Of a DNA stretch of 64,000 bases, positions 47,651-57,362 are shown in pieces. The stretch is from assembly GCA_030650275.1 (NCBI GenBank), contig JAUSEK010000023.1, positions 34,189 to 98,188 on the forward strand. Reading direction: 5' to 3'. The translations under genes were made by a program, and so were the position numbers. The notes under the pieces are model-generated. The model saw only the letters and a program-made list of their open reading frames with translations. It made no database searches and was not told the origin of the DNA. This DNA is from Candidatus Omnitrophota bacterium. GTDB taxonomy: Bacteria > Omnitrophota > Gorgyraeia > Zapsychrales > Fredricksoniimonadaceae. Each line of letters begins with the position of its first letter. Positions within the stretch are counted from its first letter, which is position 1.

Positions 47651-49900
47651 ATGAAACGCGACCACGCCAAACTCATCTGCGATGTCGGTGAACTGACCGG
47701 GCTTTTCCATGACGCGCCGGGCATGGAGGATTTTCTTAGGAAAATAACCGCCATGATCACCCGGCACATGGCCTGCGAGGTCTGTTCCATCTACCTTTAT
47801 TATCAGGACAGCCGCGAGCTTGTCCTGAAAGCCACCACCGGATTGAACCCGTCTTGCGTCGGGCATGTGAGAATGCGCCTGGGGGAAGGATTGACGGGTC
47901 AGGCCCTCAAGGAGCGCCGGCCCATCTGCGAAGGCCGGGCCAAAGATAACCCGCATTTCCGTTATTTCCCCGGGATCGGCGAGGAGAAGTTTGAATCGTT
48001 CCTGGCCGTGCCCATTTTGCGCGGCACCGTTGAAATAGGGGTCATGGTCATCCAGAGCGAGAAGAAAAATTATTTCACGCCCGAGGACATCCAGATCTTC
48101 CGCGCCGTGACCTCCCAATTGGCCGCCACCATTGAGACCGCCCGGCTTCTCATCACCCTCAACGACAAGGAACGTCAAAAGCGCGCCCCCGCCGTTGCCG
48201 CGGACCTGAAATTCGTCAAAGGCCGTTCGGGGGCCGAAGGCGTGGCCCTGGGCAATGCCGTTGTCGTGGATGAGGCCATGACAGACCTGCAGCGGTTCAC
48301 CCAGACCTCCCACACGCACACCGAAGATGATTTTCACAAAGCCGTGCAAGCGACCGAGGCACAATTGGAGGACCTTCAGGAGCAGGTCGAGACAACACTG
48401 TTTGACGTGGCCGCGCTCATCTTTACGGCGCAGATCCTTATGCTTAAGGACAAAGGATTTTCAGATGTCATCGCCGCTCAGATCCGCCATGGCGTCGATC
48501 CGCCGCAGGCGGTCGTGTCCGTGGTGCAGGAATATGTCCGCAAATTCGCGTCCATCAACGACAGTTATTTGAGGGAAAAAATTTACGACGTCAAGGACAT
48601 GGGCCGGCGCGTCCTGGAGAACATGACTGGTTTAAAAGACCCTCACGCGGATTTCGAGGGCCGCATCGTCATTGCCCGTGAACTTTTTCCGTCGGATGTG
48701 CTGAAACTTTTTTCGCAAAAAGTCAAAGGCATCATCCTGCTCAACGGCGGGGTGACCTCGCACGTGGCGATCCTGTCGCGTTCATTGAACATTCCTCTGG
48801 TCATCGCCGATGAACCCGGGCTTTTAGCTGTGCCCGGCGGCACCCGGGTCCTTTTGGACGCGGTCATGGGCACCATCCATATCAATCCTGATGAGGACAC
48901 GGTCCGCAAGGTCCTGGACCGTGAGGACCTCAACAAAGACCTGGACCGCCTCAAACGCCTGATCCGGGAACATCCGAAGACGAAAGACGGCGTTGCCGTC
49001 AAACTCATGGCCAACATCAATCTGTTGGGGGACCTGAAGGCCGCCAACGAATTCAAGGCCGACGGCATCGGGCTTTACCGCACGGAATTCCCGTTTTTGA
49101 TCCGCAGCAATTTTCCGTTGGAAGAAGAACAGTATCTGATCTACCGCCGTCTTGTGCAAGGCATGCCAGGCAAAGAGATCACGTTTCGCACGCTCGATAT
49201 CGGCGGGGACAAGATCCTGCTGCATTACAATTACGGCAGGGAAGAGAACCCGTTTTTGGGTCTGCGGTCCATCCGTTTTTCCTTAAAACACAAGGATGTG
49301 TTCATCCAGCAGATACGGGCGATCCTGCGCGCGGGCCACGGCCACGACATGCGTGTTTTGTTCCCCATGATCTCTTCGGTGGACGAATTTTTGGAAGCCA
49401 AAGGCATTGTGCAGGAATGCGCCCATGACCTGGCCAAAGAAGGCATAAAATATATTAAAGACCCGCCCATAGGGACCATGATCGAATTGCCTTCGGTCAT
49501 TGAGATCATTGACGAATTGGCCCAGGAAGCGGACTTTTTGAGCATCGGCACCAATGACCTCATCCAGTATCTGCTCGCCGTGGACCGCAACAATGAAAAG
49601 GTGGCGGACTTGTATATGCCTTATCATCCGGCGGTGTTAAGGGCGCTCAAGAAAGTGGCGGATGCCGGACTCAAATACGGCAAGGACGTGTCCGTTTGCG
49701 GGGACATGGCCCATTCCGTCCAATTCCTGCCGTTTTTATTAGGGATCGGTTTGCGGCGTTTCAGTATGGACGCGCGGTATTTACCCAGTGTGCATGAAAA
49801 GTTAAGCACCATTGTTCTGGCCGAGGCCGAAATCAAAACGCGGGAGATCCTTCAACAGAGCAAGGCTGTCCGCACCGCCCAATTGCTGGACGATTTCTAA
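47651..49900 (+). CDS. ptsP: phosphoenolpyruvate-protein phosphotransferase with N-terminal GAF domain (EI-Ntr)
   Basis: GAF domain then PEP-utilising enzyme domains; 749 aa. Confidence 0.85.
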   Translation: MKRDHAKLICDVGELTGLFHDAPGMEDFLRKITAMITRHMACEVCSIYLYYQDSRELVLKATTGLNPSCVGHVRMRLGEGLTGQALKERRPICEGRAKDNPHFRYFPGIGEEKFESFLAVPILRGTVEIGVMVIQSEKKNYFTPEDIQIFRAVTSQLAATIETARLLITLNDKERQKRAPAVAADLKFVKGRSGAEGVALGNAVVVDEAMTDLQRFTQTSHTHTEDDFHKAVQATEAQLEDLQEQVETTLFDVAALIFTAQILMLKDKGFSDVIAAQIRHGVDPPQAVVSVVQEYVRKFASINDSYLREKIYDVKDMGRRVLENMTGLKDPHADFEGRIVIARELFPSDVLKLFSQKVKGIILLNGGVTSHVAILSRSLNIPLVIADEPGLLAVPGGTRVLLDAVMGTIHINPDEDTVRKVLDREDLNKDLDRLKRLIREHPKTKDGVAVKLMANINLLGDLKAANEFKADGIGLYRTEFPFLIRSNFPLEEEQYLIYRRLVQGMPGKEITFRTLDIGGDKILLHYNYGREENPFLGLRSIRFSLKHKDVFIQQIRAILRAGHGHDMRVLFPMISSVDEFLEAKGIVQECAHDLAKEGIKYIKDPPIGTMIELPSVIEIIDELAQEADFLSIGTNDLIQYLLAVDRNNEKVADLYMPYHPAVLRALKKVADAGLKYGKDVSVCGDMAHSVQFLPFLLGIGLRRFSMDARYLPSVHEKLSTIVLAEAEIKTREILQQSKAVRTAQLLDDF

Positions 49901-51453
49901 TGCGCGACCGTGTCCTGACGATCCTCCTGCTTGTTTTTCTGTTCGGCCTGTTCGCCGCGGACCTGGCCCGGCCCATCAATTTGACGGCGGTGGACATCGG
50001 CCGTCACGTCAAGAACGGGGAACTTCTCCTGCAGGGGCAATGGGACCTCCTGCACAGGAATTTTTATTCCTTCACGCATCCCGATCATCCGTTCATCAAC
50101 CATCACTGGCTGTTCGGTGTCCTGTCCTACGGCGTGCATCAATGCGCCGGGTTCACGGGCCTGTCCATCGTTTATATCGGGGTATTGCTGGGGGCTTTGT
50201 TCTTTTTTTTGCGCGCGGCCGCTTTGCGCGGACATTTCGCGCTGGCCATCTTTTTCGCGTTTTTGTCCCTGCCCATTCTGGCCGACCGACGGGAGATACG
50301 CCCCGAGGGGTTAAGCCTTTTATTCATGGGGCTGTATTTTTATCTGTTGACCAAACTGTCTTTGGGGCAGGTCCGGCAACGGACGGTCTTGATCATTTTG
50401 GGAATAACGCAGGTCATTTGGGTCAATACCCATATTTTCTTTTTTATGGGGCCGTTGCTGACGGCGATATTCTTGTGGGAAGGGTATGCGCGCAAATGCA
50501 GTGTATGTGTGCGCGCCCTGTGGCCTTTGCTGATCCTGCTGTCGGCGGTCGATCTCATTAACCCCTCGGGATTGGCCGGCGCCTTGACGCCGTTGAACAT
50601 TTTTAAGGAATTCGGATACCGTCTTGCGGAAAATCAGACGGTGTTTTTTATGATGGACCGTTTCCCGGGCCAGAAGGAATACGCGTATTATCTGGGGCTG
50701 GTCCTCGTTGCCGTCGTCGGGATCATTTTGGCCGTGCGCGCGCGGGGATGGAAGGCCAACGCGCCGTTCATTCTGCTGGCCGTGTTCGCGGCCTGCGCCG
50801 GCCTTAAAGCCGTGCGCCTGATGACGCCCTTCGCGTTTTTTCTGGTCCCGCTGGGGTCTTTTTTTTACGGCCAGGCCGAGGGGAAGTTACCGCCAAAAAT
50901 ACAGAAAACCATCCGCGTATTTTTGCTCGCCGCCGCCCTCGTCCTGGGCGTTATCCAGGCGTCGGGTTTGCGCAACAGCCCCATCGGTGTGGGTCTGGCC
51001 CCCGGGGTGAATGTGTCAGCGGAGTTTTTCAAGCAAACCGGCATCCAAGGGCCGGTGTTCAGCAATTACGATATCGGCGGATATTTGATCTATCATTTGT
51101 ACGGCCGGGAGCCGGTGTTCGTGGACAATCGGCAGGAGGCCTTCCCGCCGGAATTTTTTAAGGGAACGTATGTCCCGATGCAGGAGGACAAAGAGGTCTG
51201 GAAAAAAGCGGACGGCCGCTGGGGGTTTAACGCGGTGTATTTTTACCGGCATGACCTGACCCCGTGGGGACAGGCCTTCCTTGTCCGGCTGGTGGACGAC
51301 CCGGACTGGGCCCCGGTGTTCGTGGATGGATATACGATCATTTTTTTAAAACGCAACGGCCCCAACCAGCGCGTCATTGACCGTTTCCAACTGCCGCGGT
51401 CCATGTTTTCGGCGTCCGGCCCCGCCGTTGGCGGGGCTGGACAGGCCGGATGA
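49900..51453 (+). CDS. polytopic membrane protein, possible GT-C-fold glycosyltransferase
   Basis: About 11 TM helices plus periplasmic C-terminal domain; ATG overlaps ptsP stop (TAATG); family uncertain. Confidence 0.4.
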   Translation: MRDRVLTILLLVFLFGLFAADLARPINLTAVDIGRHVKNGELLLQGQWDLLHRNFYSFTHPDHPFINHHWLFGVLSYGVHQCAGFTGLSIVYIGVLLGALFFFLRAAALRGHFALAIFFAFLSLPILADRREIRPEGLSLLFMGLYFYLLTKLSLGQVRQRTVLIILGITQVIWVNTHIFFFMGPLLTAIFLWEGYARKCSVCVRALWPLLILLSAVDLINPSGLAGALTPLNIFKEFGYRLAENQTVFFMMDRFPGQKEYAYYLGLVLVAVVGIILAVRARGWKANAPFILLAVFAACAGLKAVRLMTPFAFFLVPLGSFFYGQAEGKLPPKIQKTIRVFLLAAALVLGVIQASGLRNSPIGVGLAPGVNVSAEFFKQTGIQGPVFSNYDIGGYLIYHLYGREPVFVDNRQEAFPPEFFKGTYVPMQEDKEVWKKADGRWGFNAVYFYRHDLTPWGQAFLVRLVDDPDWAPVFVDGYTIIFLKRNGPNQRVIDRFQLPRSMFSASGPAVGGAGQAG

Positions 51454-51489
51454 ATTTTGTTAGGATTGAGGCCTGATTATTCAACATAT

Positions 51490-51760
51490 GCGCCTGTAGC
51501 TCAGTTGGATAGAGCAACAGCCTTCAACAGGAGCCTTCATGGGGAAAAAGAACCCATGAAGTGGACGTCGCTAAGTCGGTAGATACCCTTTAGGGGGCAA
51601 TACCGAGCTACCCAAGTGGGGAGTGTAGAGACTTTACACGGCGGGGCTGAGATGCCCAAGAGAAAGTCCGGCCAGCAACTCCCGCTTTTGCGGGACGGTT
51701 AAGGCAACTTAATGCTGGAAGCTAAGCTGTAGGTCGCACGTTCGATCCGTGCCAGGCGCG
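51490..51760 (+). tRNA. tRNA-Arg (anticodon UCU) interrupted by a group I intron between U34 and C35
   Basis: Exons 51490..51524 and 51722..51760 join to a 74-nt tRNA nearly identical to E. coli argU (AGCTCAGTTGGATAGAGCAAC...CCTTCTAAG); acceptor GCGCCTG/CAGGCGC, anticodon stem ACAGC/GCTGT, T-arm GCACG-TTCGATC-CGTGC. Confidence 0.8.
51525..51721 (+). ncRNA. 197-nt group I intron (IC3-like, similar to Azoarcus tRNA-Ile intron) without internal ORF
   Basis: Conserved core strings GUGUAGAGACU and UUAAGGCAAC, and GGCAAUACCGAGC...AAG, match the Azoarcus ribozyme; 5' exon ends in U, intron ends in G (omega-G 51721). Confidence 0.7.
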
Positions 51761-51776
51761 TTTTTTATTTAACTCG

Positions 51777-52190
51777 ATGCATCATACAAAAGATAAAGCA
51801 GATATAGGTTTTTGTAAGGTCATTACGGATCTTACGATGAAGGGGTATGTGCCATGCATACCTTTTTCAGAACATCAAGCGTTTGATCTTGTTGTGGTTG
51901 GGCGGGACGGCACCACTTTCAGGATCCAGATTAAATACTCAACATTAAGGAAGAATGGGTCTGTGGATGTCCGGTATAGGAGAAACTGGGCGGATAAGCA
52001 CGGCGTACACACCAGAATTTATTCAAAAGACGAATTCGATTATTACGCGATTTATTGTCCAGAGAAAGATGCAGTGCTTTATGTCCGTAATACTCCGGAT
52101 TGCCCGAAGTCGATCCGTTTTGATAAGCCAGCCAACAATCAGATGCGGCATATTAAATGGGCAAATGACTATTTGAAAATCAAGAAATGA
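51777..52190 (+). CDS. PD-(D/E)xK nuclease-fold protein, 16 nt downstream of the intron-containing tRNA (candidate free-standing homing-endonuclease-like gene)
   Basis: Motif order E(SEHQ)...D(FDLVVVGRDG)...IQIK consistent with PD-(D/E)xK; AT-rich, low-GC context. Confidence 0.4.
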   Translation: MHHTKDKADIGFCKVITDLTMKGYVPCIPFSEHQAFDLVVVGRDGTTFRIQIKYSTLRKNGSVDVRYRRNWADKHGVHTRIYSKDEFDYYAIYCPEKDAVLYVRNTPDCPKSIRFDKPANNQMRHIKWANDYLKIKK

Positions 52191-52265
52191 TATCAGTTGG
52201 GCGGCGTTATTCTTGTTGAGTGTTTTTGGGTTTTTTGGTAATGTATTGCCCTTTTCAGTACTGTT

Positions 52266-52297
52266 GTCATTCCCGAATGTTTCTGTCGGGAATCCAG
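52266..52297 (+). repeat. hairpin repeat family copy 3 (GTCATTCCCGA-ATGTTTCTG-TCGGGAATCCAG)
   Basis: Same conserved flanks as 24871 and 25884 copies with a different loop. Confidence 0.6.
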
Positions 52298-52402
52298 ACA
52301 CGGCTTTATCGTACAATGGTGGGTGCCCCGCATGTCTGGAATAAACATTATGGAATGCGGGACGACCAACCACTTTTTCTGGGACAAAAAAACGTAGTAA
52401 GT

Positions 52403-52480
52403 GGTGGGTGTAGCTCAGTTGGTTAGAGCGGAAGATTGTGGATCTTCAGGTCGCGGGTTCAAATCCCGTCACTCACCCCA
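52403..52480 (+). tRNA. tRNA-His (anticodon GUG), with encoded G-1 and 3' CCA
   Basis: Manual fold: G-1, acceptor GTGGGTG/CACTCAC (one G:U), D stem GCTC/GAGC, anticodon stem GAAGA/TCTTC, loop UUGUGGA, discriminator C73. Confidence 0.85.
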
Positions 52481-52558
52481 TTTTGACCCTTAATCTGTTA
52501 TAAGGAGCATTGAATTTTGCCTTGACATATGTCAGGATGTAACATAAGATGTTAAATT

Positions 52559-53776
52559 ATGACAATCTATCAACCGCGTGAAATTACGAAAACATTAATT
52601 GAGTCGCTTGAAAACATGCCAGTGGTGGTGCTTTCCGGAATGCGCCAGACGGGTAAAAGCACCCTTCTTTTAAACCAGCCGCAATTAAAGAAAAGAAGGT
52701 ATGTCAGCTTCGATGATTTTAACACTCTCGAATTAGCCCGCAGTAATCCGGAGGAGCTCCTGTCCGGTAAAGAACCCATTACTATTGATGAAGCGCAAAA
52801 GTATCCTGAGATCTTAAATGTTATCAAGAAAGAAGTGGATAGAAATCGCAAGCCCGGGAGATTTCTCTTAAGCGGATCGGCTAATTTCTTGCTCCTTAAA
52901 AAAGTCGCCGAAAGCCTGGCTGGCAGGGCAGTCTATATGACTCTTCATCCATTTACTCGAAGGGAAATGTTAGGGGTTATTAAAGAAAAACCGGCCCTCG
53001 CGTGTTTTATTGATACCGGCGCGTTTCCTAAACGTGAAATCAATCCTGTTTCGTTAAAGGAAATCTTAAAAGGCGGTATGCCTTCCGTATGCCTTGGCCA
53101 GGTAAAAAAGCCAGAGGTGTGGTTTCGCGGCTATGAACAAACATATCTGGAGCGTGATATACGCTCCTTAGCTCAAGTGGCGGATTTGGTATCATTTCGA
53201 AATCTTTTGCATCTGGTGGCTCTTCGGAATACAAAGATCTTAAACATAAGTGAGCTTGCTCGTGACGCGAAACTAAACGTTGTCACTGCCTCGCGCTATC
53301 TTTCGCTTATGGAAGCTTCATTTATTTTAAGCCGAGTTCAGCCCCATTTTAAAAATAAAACAACCCGGCTTATTAAATCTCCTAAAGTATATTTATCCGA
53401 TACAGGGCTGTCCGCTTACCTTGAGGAGATCAAAGATTCAAATGTAAACGAGATGGCAAGAGGGGCGTTGTTGGAAAGTTACGTGGCGCAGAATTTAGAG
53501 GGAATATTTTCCGCTTATTATCCCGACGCGAAGATTACCTATTGGAATATTCAAGGCAGATACGAGGTCGATTTTATTATAGAGGTGGGTGGCAAAACGC
53601 TCGCGATTGAAGTAAAAAGCGGCAGCCGGTGGAAAGAAAGCGATCTGGCAGGCATAAAAGCGTATTTAGCCAGCAATAAAGAATGCCTTGGCGGATTATT
53701 GGCTTACAATGGCCGCGATGTTTTAAGGCTTGGCAAAAACATATGGGCTGTTCCGGTTAATTTATTGTTAAGTTAG
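52559..53776 (+). CDS. AAA+ ATPase with C-terminal DUF4143-type domain
   Basis: Walker A GMRQTGKST; architecture typical of the AAA_14 plus DUF4143 family; lower-GC gene. Confidence 0.65.
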   Translation: MTIYQPREITKTLIESLENMPVVVLSGMRQTGKSTLLLNQPQLKKRRYVSFDDFNTLELARSNPEELLSGKEPITIDEAQKYPEILNVIKKEVDRNRKPGRFLLSGSANFLLLKKVAESLAGRAVYMTLHPFTRREMLGVIKEKPALACFIDTGAFPKREINPVSLKEILKGGMPSVCLGQVKKPEVWFRGYEQTYLERDIRSLAQVADLVSFRNLLHLVALRNTKILNISELARDAKLNVVTASRYLSLMEASFILSRVQPHFKNKTTRLIKSPKVYLSDTGLSAYLEEIKDSNVNEMARGALLESYVAQNLEGIFSAYYPDAKITYWNIQGRYEVDFIIEVGGKTLAIEVKSGSRWKESDLAGIKAYLASNKECLGGLLAYNGRDVLRLGKNIWAVPVNLLLS

Positions 53777-53888
53777 CCCAATGTTAAGAGGCCATTAAAC
53801 AGGCCTGCCTGCCGTCAGGCAGGTTCTGACCTGTTTGAGCCAGCGACCCCCCAGTAATTTTCAGCAAAGAGGAATGGAGTTTTAAAAA

Positions 53889-54470
53889 ATGGATCTACTT
53901 ATTTTCGCCGGCTCTCTGCGGGCCGACTCTTGTAATAAAAAATTTGCCCGGGAAGCGCTGCGTTTAGCCAAAGAAGCCGGGGTTGAGGGCGAATTCCTGG
54001 ATCTAAAGGATTACCCCATGCCACCCTATGATGGAGACATTGAAGCCGCCTCCGGCATTCCCGAAACAACGATCCGTCTTGGAAAGAAAATTGCCTCTGC
54101 GGATGCCCTGCTGATCTCCACCCCGGAATATAACGGCAGTATTCCGGGAGTTCTTAAGAATGTTGTGGATTGGCTTTCCCGCGAAAAGCCGGTATCTTTA
54201 AGCGGCAAGCATTTGCTGCTTTTGGCGGCCTCTCCGGGCGCTTTGGGTGGTGTTCGCAGTTTGTGGCATTCACGTCAACCGTTCGAAGTGCTCGGCGTAC
54301 ACGTGTTTCCCGCGATGGTGGGTTTACCTAATGCTTACAGCGCGTTTGATGAACAAGGTCAATTAAAAGAGGAAAAAACCCTGCAGAATTTGCGGAAAAT
54401 ATTGGACCAATTTATTAAACATGCAAGCACAAACCTGGGAAAAAGTCTATCTGATCCGCCCCACACTTGA
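53889..54470 (+). CDS. NAD(P)H-dependent FMN reductase-family flavoprotein
   Basis: FMN_red fold motifs (LLIFAGSLR, STPEYNGSIPGVLKN). Confidence 0.7.
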   Translation: MDLLIFAGSLRADSCNKKFAREALRLAKEAGVEGEFLDLKDYPMPPYDGDIEAASGIPETTIRLGKKIASADALLISTPEYNGSIPGVLKNVVDWLSREKPVSLSGKHLLLLAASPGALGGVRSLWHSRQPFEVLGVHVFPAMVGLPNAYSAFDEQGQLKEEKTLQNLRKILDQFIKHASTNLGKSLSDPPHT

Positions 54471-54705
54471 CCCCGCACTTGTTGCCAATGCGAAACCGAA
54501 AGGCGGAGAGATTACCATGAAATAATAAATTGATATTTTCATTTTTCATGGTATGGAATGTCGCGCCTTTCACAACTTCATTGGGGGTAGCGGTACTTCA
54601 TGGAAAAGCTATTCATAAAAAGATCGATGTCGTACCGTTTGAAACTATTACAGGCGGGATGAAGGCGATGTTCTAGCAGGACAACAAAGAAAGTAATTAA
54701 AAGTA

Positions 54706-55527
54706 ATGATAATACCTGCCAAGCCGGTTACCAGAAGCATTGCCAACATCGACCGTTTTCAAATTCCTTACCGGATATACGGGCGAGGAGCCGAAGTCCT
54801 CGTTTGTATTAACGGGATCCAGCAGTCCATGGCGATTTGGATTGACTTTGTCCGCCGGTTCTCTCATAAATATAAAATCCTGCTTTTTGATTTTCCCCAT
54901 CAGGGTAAAGGCCTGGTTAACGCGGGTTCTGCGGATGTTACTCTGTCCGAGCAGGTTGAGATCTTAAATGAATTGCTTATGACCGCCGGGATCCAAGAGA
55001 AGCTCACGTTATGTTCGGCCTCGTGGGGAGGCGTAGTTGCGGCGAGTTTCACCATTCGTTACCCCCACCGGACCAAAAAACTTATTTTGGCCGGGATCGG
55101 CACCAAACCAAATCAAACAATGATCGATACGATCACGCGGGGATCGCGACTTCCCATGGAAAACCGCCTGGAAATAGCCGAAACATTGATCAGTAGTTTT
55201 GGCCAAGACCTGCCTTTAAAAGTAAAAGCCGCCATTATCAGCCAATTTGAACGTATGGACCAAAAAGCGTTAGCTTCCTTTTACCAGCACGGCTCGTTTA
55301 TTCTTGCCTGCGGGGCCCTGCATAAAGTGATCGATCTAAAGAGCATCACCTGCAAAACCATCCTGTTAAGGGGCGAAAATGATACGATCATTGACCCGGA
55401 AGATCTTATTTTATTGGCCTCTGAGATCCCCGGCTCACAGATCAGGACGATCAAGGGGGCGGGCCACTTCCTTCACCTGGAAAATGATAAACTTCTGGAC
55501 GCCTACGCAGATATCCTGGGCTCGTAA
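54706..55527 (+). CDS. alpha/beta-hydrolase fold esterase/hydrolase
   Basis: Nucleophile elbow region LCSASWGGV and HGxP-like N-terminal region. Confidence 0.6.
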   Translation: MIIPAKPVTRSIANIDRFQIPYRIYGRGAEVLVCINGIQQSMAIWIDFVRRFSHKYKILLFDFPHQGKGLVNAGSADVTLSEQVEILNELLMTAGIQEKLTLCSASWGGVVAASFTIRYPHRTKKLILAGIGTKPNQTMIDTITRGSRLPMENRLEIAETLISSFGQDLPLKVKAAIISQFERMDQKALASFYQHGSFILACGALHKVIDLKSITCKTILLRGENDTIIDPEDLILLASEIPGSQIRTIKGAGHFLHLENDKLLDAYADILGS

Positions 55528-55536
55528 GAGACCACC

Positions 55537-56655
55537 ATGAACATAGTCCATTTTATTATCAAAGATATTTTCCGGAAAAAGATACGCGTGTTTTTAACGA
55601 TCCTTGGGATCAGCGTCGGTATTTGCGTGTGCATCATGATGCTGGGGGTGGGAGAAAGCATTAAGAGTTCATTTCAGGACACCTACAGCAAGCGTCAGAT
55701 CGATCTGATCATTCAAGAGAAGGACCAGCTGAGTATTTTGTTAAGCAGGGTCGATGCCGGTATCGCCAAGCAAATAAAAAACAATCCAGCGGTCGAAGAT
55801 TCCTCCGCGACGCTTCTTTACATCCATAAACTTAAGGATTCAGCGGTGCCGGTCTTTGGCTGGGAACCGGACAGCTTTTTATTTGATGCGGTCAAGATCA
55901 CGGCGGGGCGGCGTCCGGTCCTTGATCAGAAAGAAGCCATCGCCGGACAAGCGCTCATGCGCAGCCTTAAGAAAGAAAATACCCGGCAGATAAAGATCAA
56001 GGGCGTGTCTTTTGATGTTGTCGGTGAGTACAAAAGCACGAGCCCTTTTGAACAGTATGCGGCCGTGCTCCCGCTGGCGGATCTTCAAACAGCCATCCAC
56101 GAACAGGGCAAAGCGAGTTTTATTAATATCAAACTGAAGCCCGCTGATCGTACCGACGCGGCCATGGAGAATATAACCAGGGAAATAGAAAACAGCGCGC
56201 CGCTGGTTTCGGTCATGCGTTCCGATGTCTTTATCGCCGAAAAAACAAAGTTTATCGTCGTGGGCGAGAAATTCTCGTTCCTGATCAGCATCATTACCAT
56301 TATCGCGGTGGCCTTAGGATTGGCCAATACGATGGTGACCTCTATGTTTGAAAAAAGGAAATTCCTGGCCATTTTGCTTGCGTTGGGCTGGCAGAAGATC
56401 GAGATCGCCGCACTATTTGTGTGTGAATCTCTGGTCGTGTCCTTGATCGGAGGCATGATAGGGATCTTTTTGGGCTTTAAAGGGATCACGTATGTCTTTG
56501 GCCTGACCAGCATCCAGGCCTTTGTCCCTGTACTGGATCTTGTTTTAATAAGTAAAATAGTGGTGATGATCCTGGTCAGCGCCATATTTGCCGCGATCGT
56601 TCCCATATGGATAACGTTAAATTCTAACCCCATTGAGGTCATCCGTGGCGAATAG
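55537..56655 (+). CDS. ABC transporter permease, FtsX/MacB/LolE-like
   Basis: N-terminal TM, large periplasmic domain, three C-terminal TMs. Confidence 0.7.
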   Translation: MNIVHFIIKDIFRKKIRVFLTILGISVGICVCIMMLGVGESIKSSFQDTYSKRQIDLIIQEKDQLSILLSRVDAGIAKQIKNNPAVEDSSATLLYIHKLKDSAVPVFGWEPDSFLFDAVKITAGRRPVLDQKEAIAGQALMRSLKKENTRQIKIKGVSFDVVGEYKSTSPFEQYAAVLPLADLQTAIHEQGKASFINIKLKPADRTDAAMENITREIENSAPLVSVMRSDVFIAEKTKFIVVGEKFSFLISIITIIAVALGLANTMVTSMFEKRKFLAILLALGWQKIEIAALFVCESLVVSLIGGMIGIFLGFKGITYVFGLTSIQAFVPVLDLVLISKIVVMILVSAIFAAIVPIWITLNSNPIEVIRGE

Positions 56656-57346
56656 AGATGCCGTCCGGAAAGAAATTTTTCGCACGGTCCATTTGCGCAA
56701 ATATTATCCGCAAACCCAATCGTCGGCCCTGCATGACGTTAGCTTAACGATCATGAAGGGGGAATTCGTCGGGATCAAAGGGCCCAGCGGCAGCGGCAAG
56801 AGCACCCTGCTTTATATTTTAGGAGGCCTAATTCCTCCGACTTCCGGTGAGGTTTATTTTTATGATCAGCCGCTTCACGGCATAAAGAACAAGGCCATAT
56901 ACCGCCGGGAAAATTTGGGTTTTATATTCCAGGATTTTTATCTGTATCCGCATTTCACGGTATTGGAGAACATGCTTTTCCCACTTCTGCACCATCTGAT
57001 CATTCCCAAGAACATCATCAAAAAAGCGGAAATGCATCTGGAATATTTAGGCCTGGGCGCAAAGAAGACAATGCCGGTGGAAGTTCTTTCAGCCGGAGAG
57101 CGCCAGCGGGTTTGCATCGCACGGGCATTACTGCATGATCCCCAATGTATTTTGGCCGATGAGCCCACCGGAAATTTAGACAGTCAGAACGCTAAGAATA
57201 TCCTCGATCTCCTGCAAAAGATCAACAGGGAGTACGGGACCACCATCCTCATGGTGACCCACGATGATCAGGTGTCCCATTACGCCCATCGCCTGGTCCA
57301 CATGGTGGATGGGAAATTAAATATTTGTGGCATATTAAACTTTTAG
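56633..57346 (+). CDS. ABC transporter ATP-binding protein (LolD/MacB-type)
   Basis: Walker A GPSGSGKST, signature LSAGERQR, Walker B ILADEPT. Confidence 0.85.
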   Translation: MRSSVANRDAVRKEIFRTVHLRKYYPQTQSSALHDVSLTIMKGEFVGIKGPSGSGKSTLLYILGGLIPPTSGEVYFYDQPLHGIKNKAIYRRENLGFIFQDFYLYPHFTVLENMLFPLLHHLIIPKNIIKKAEMHLEYLGLGAKKTMPVEVLSAGERQRVCIARALLHDPQCILADEPTGNLDSQNAKNILDLLQKINREYGTTILMVTHDDQVSHYAHRLVHMVDGKLNICGILNF

Positions 57347-57362
57347 ATGGTTTTAATTATCT

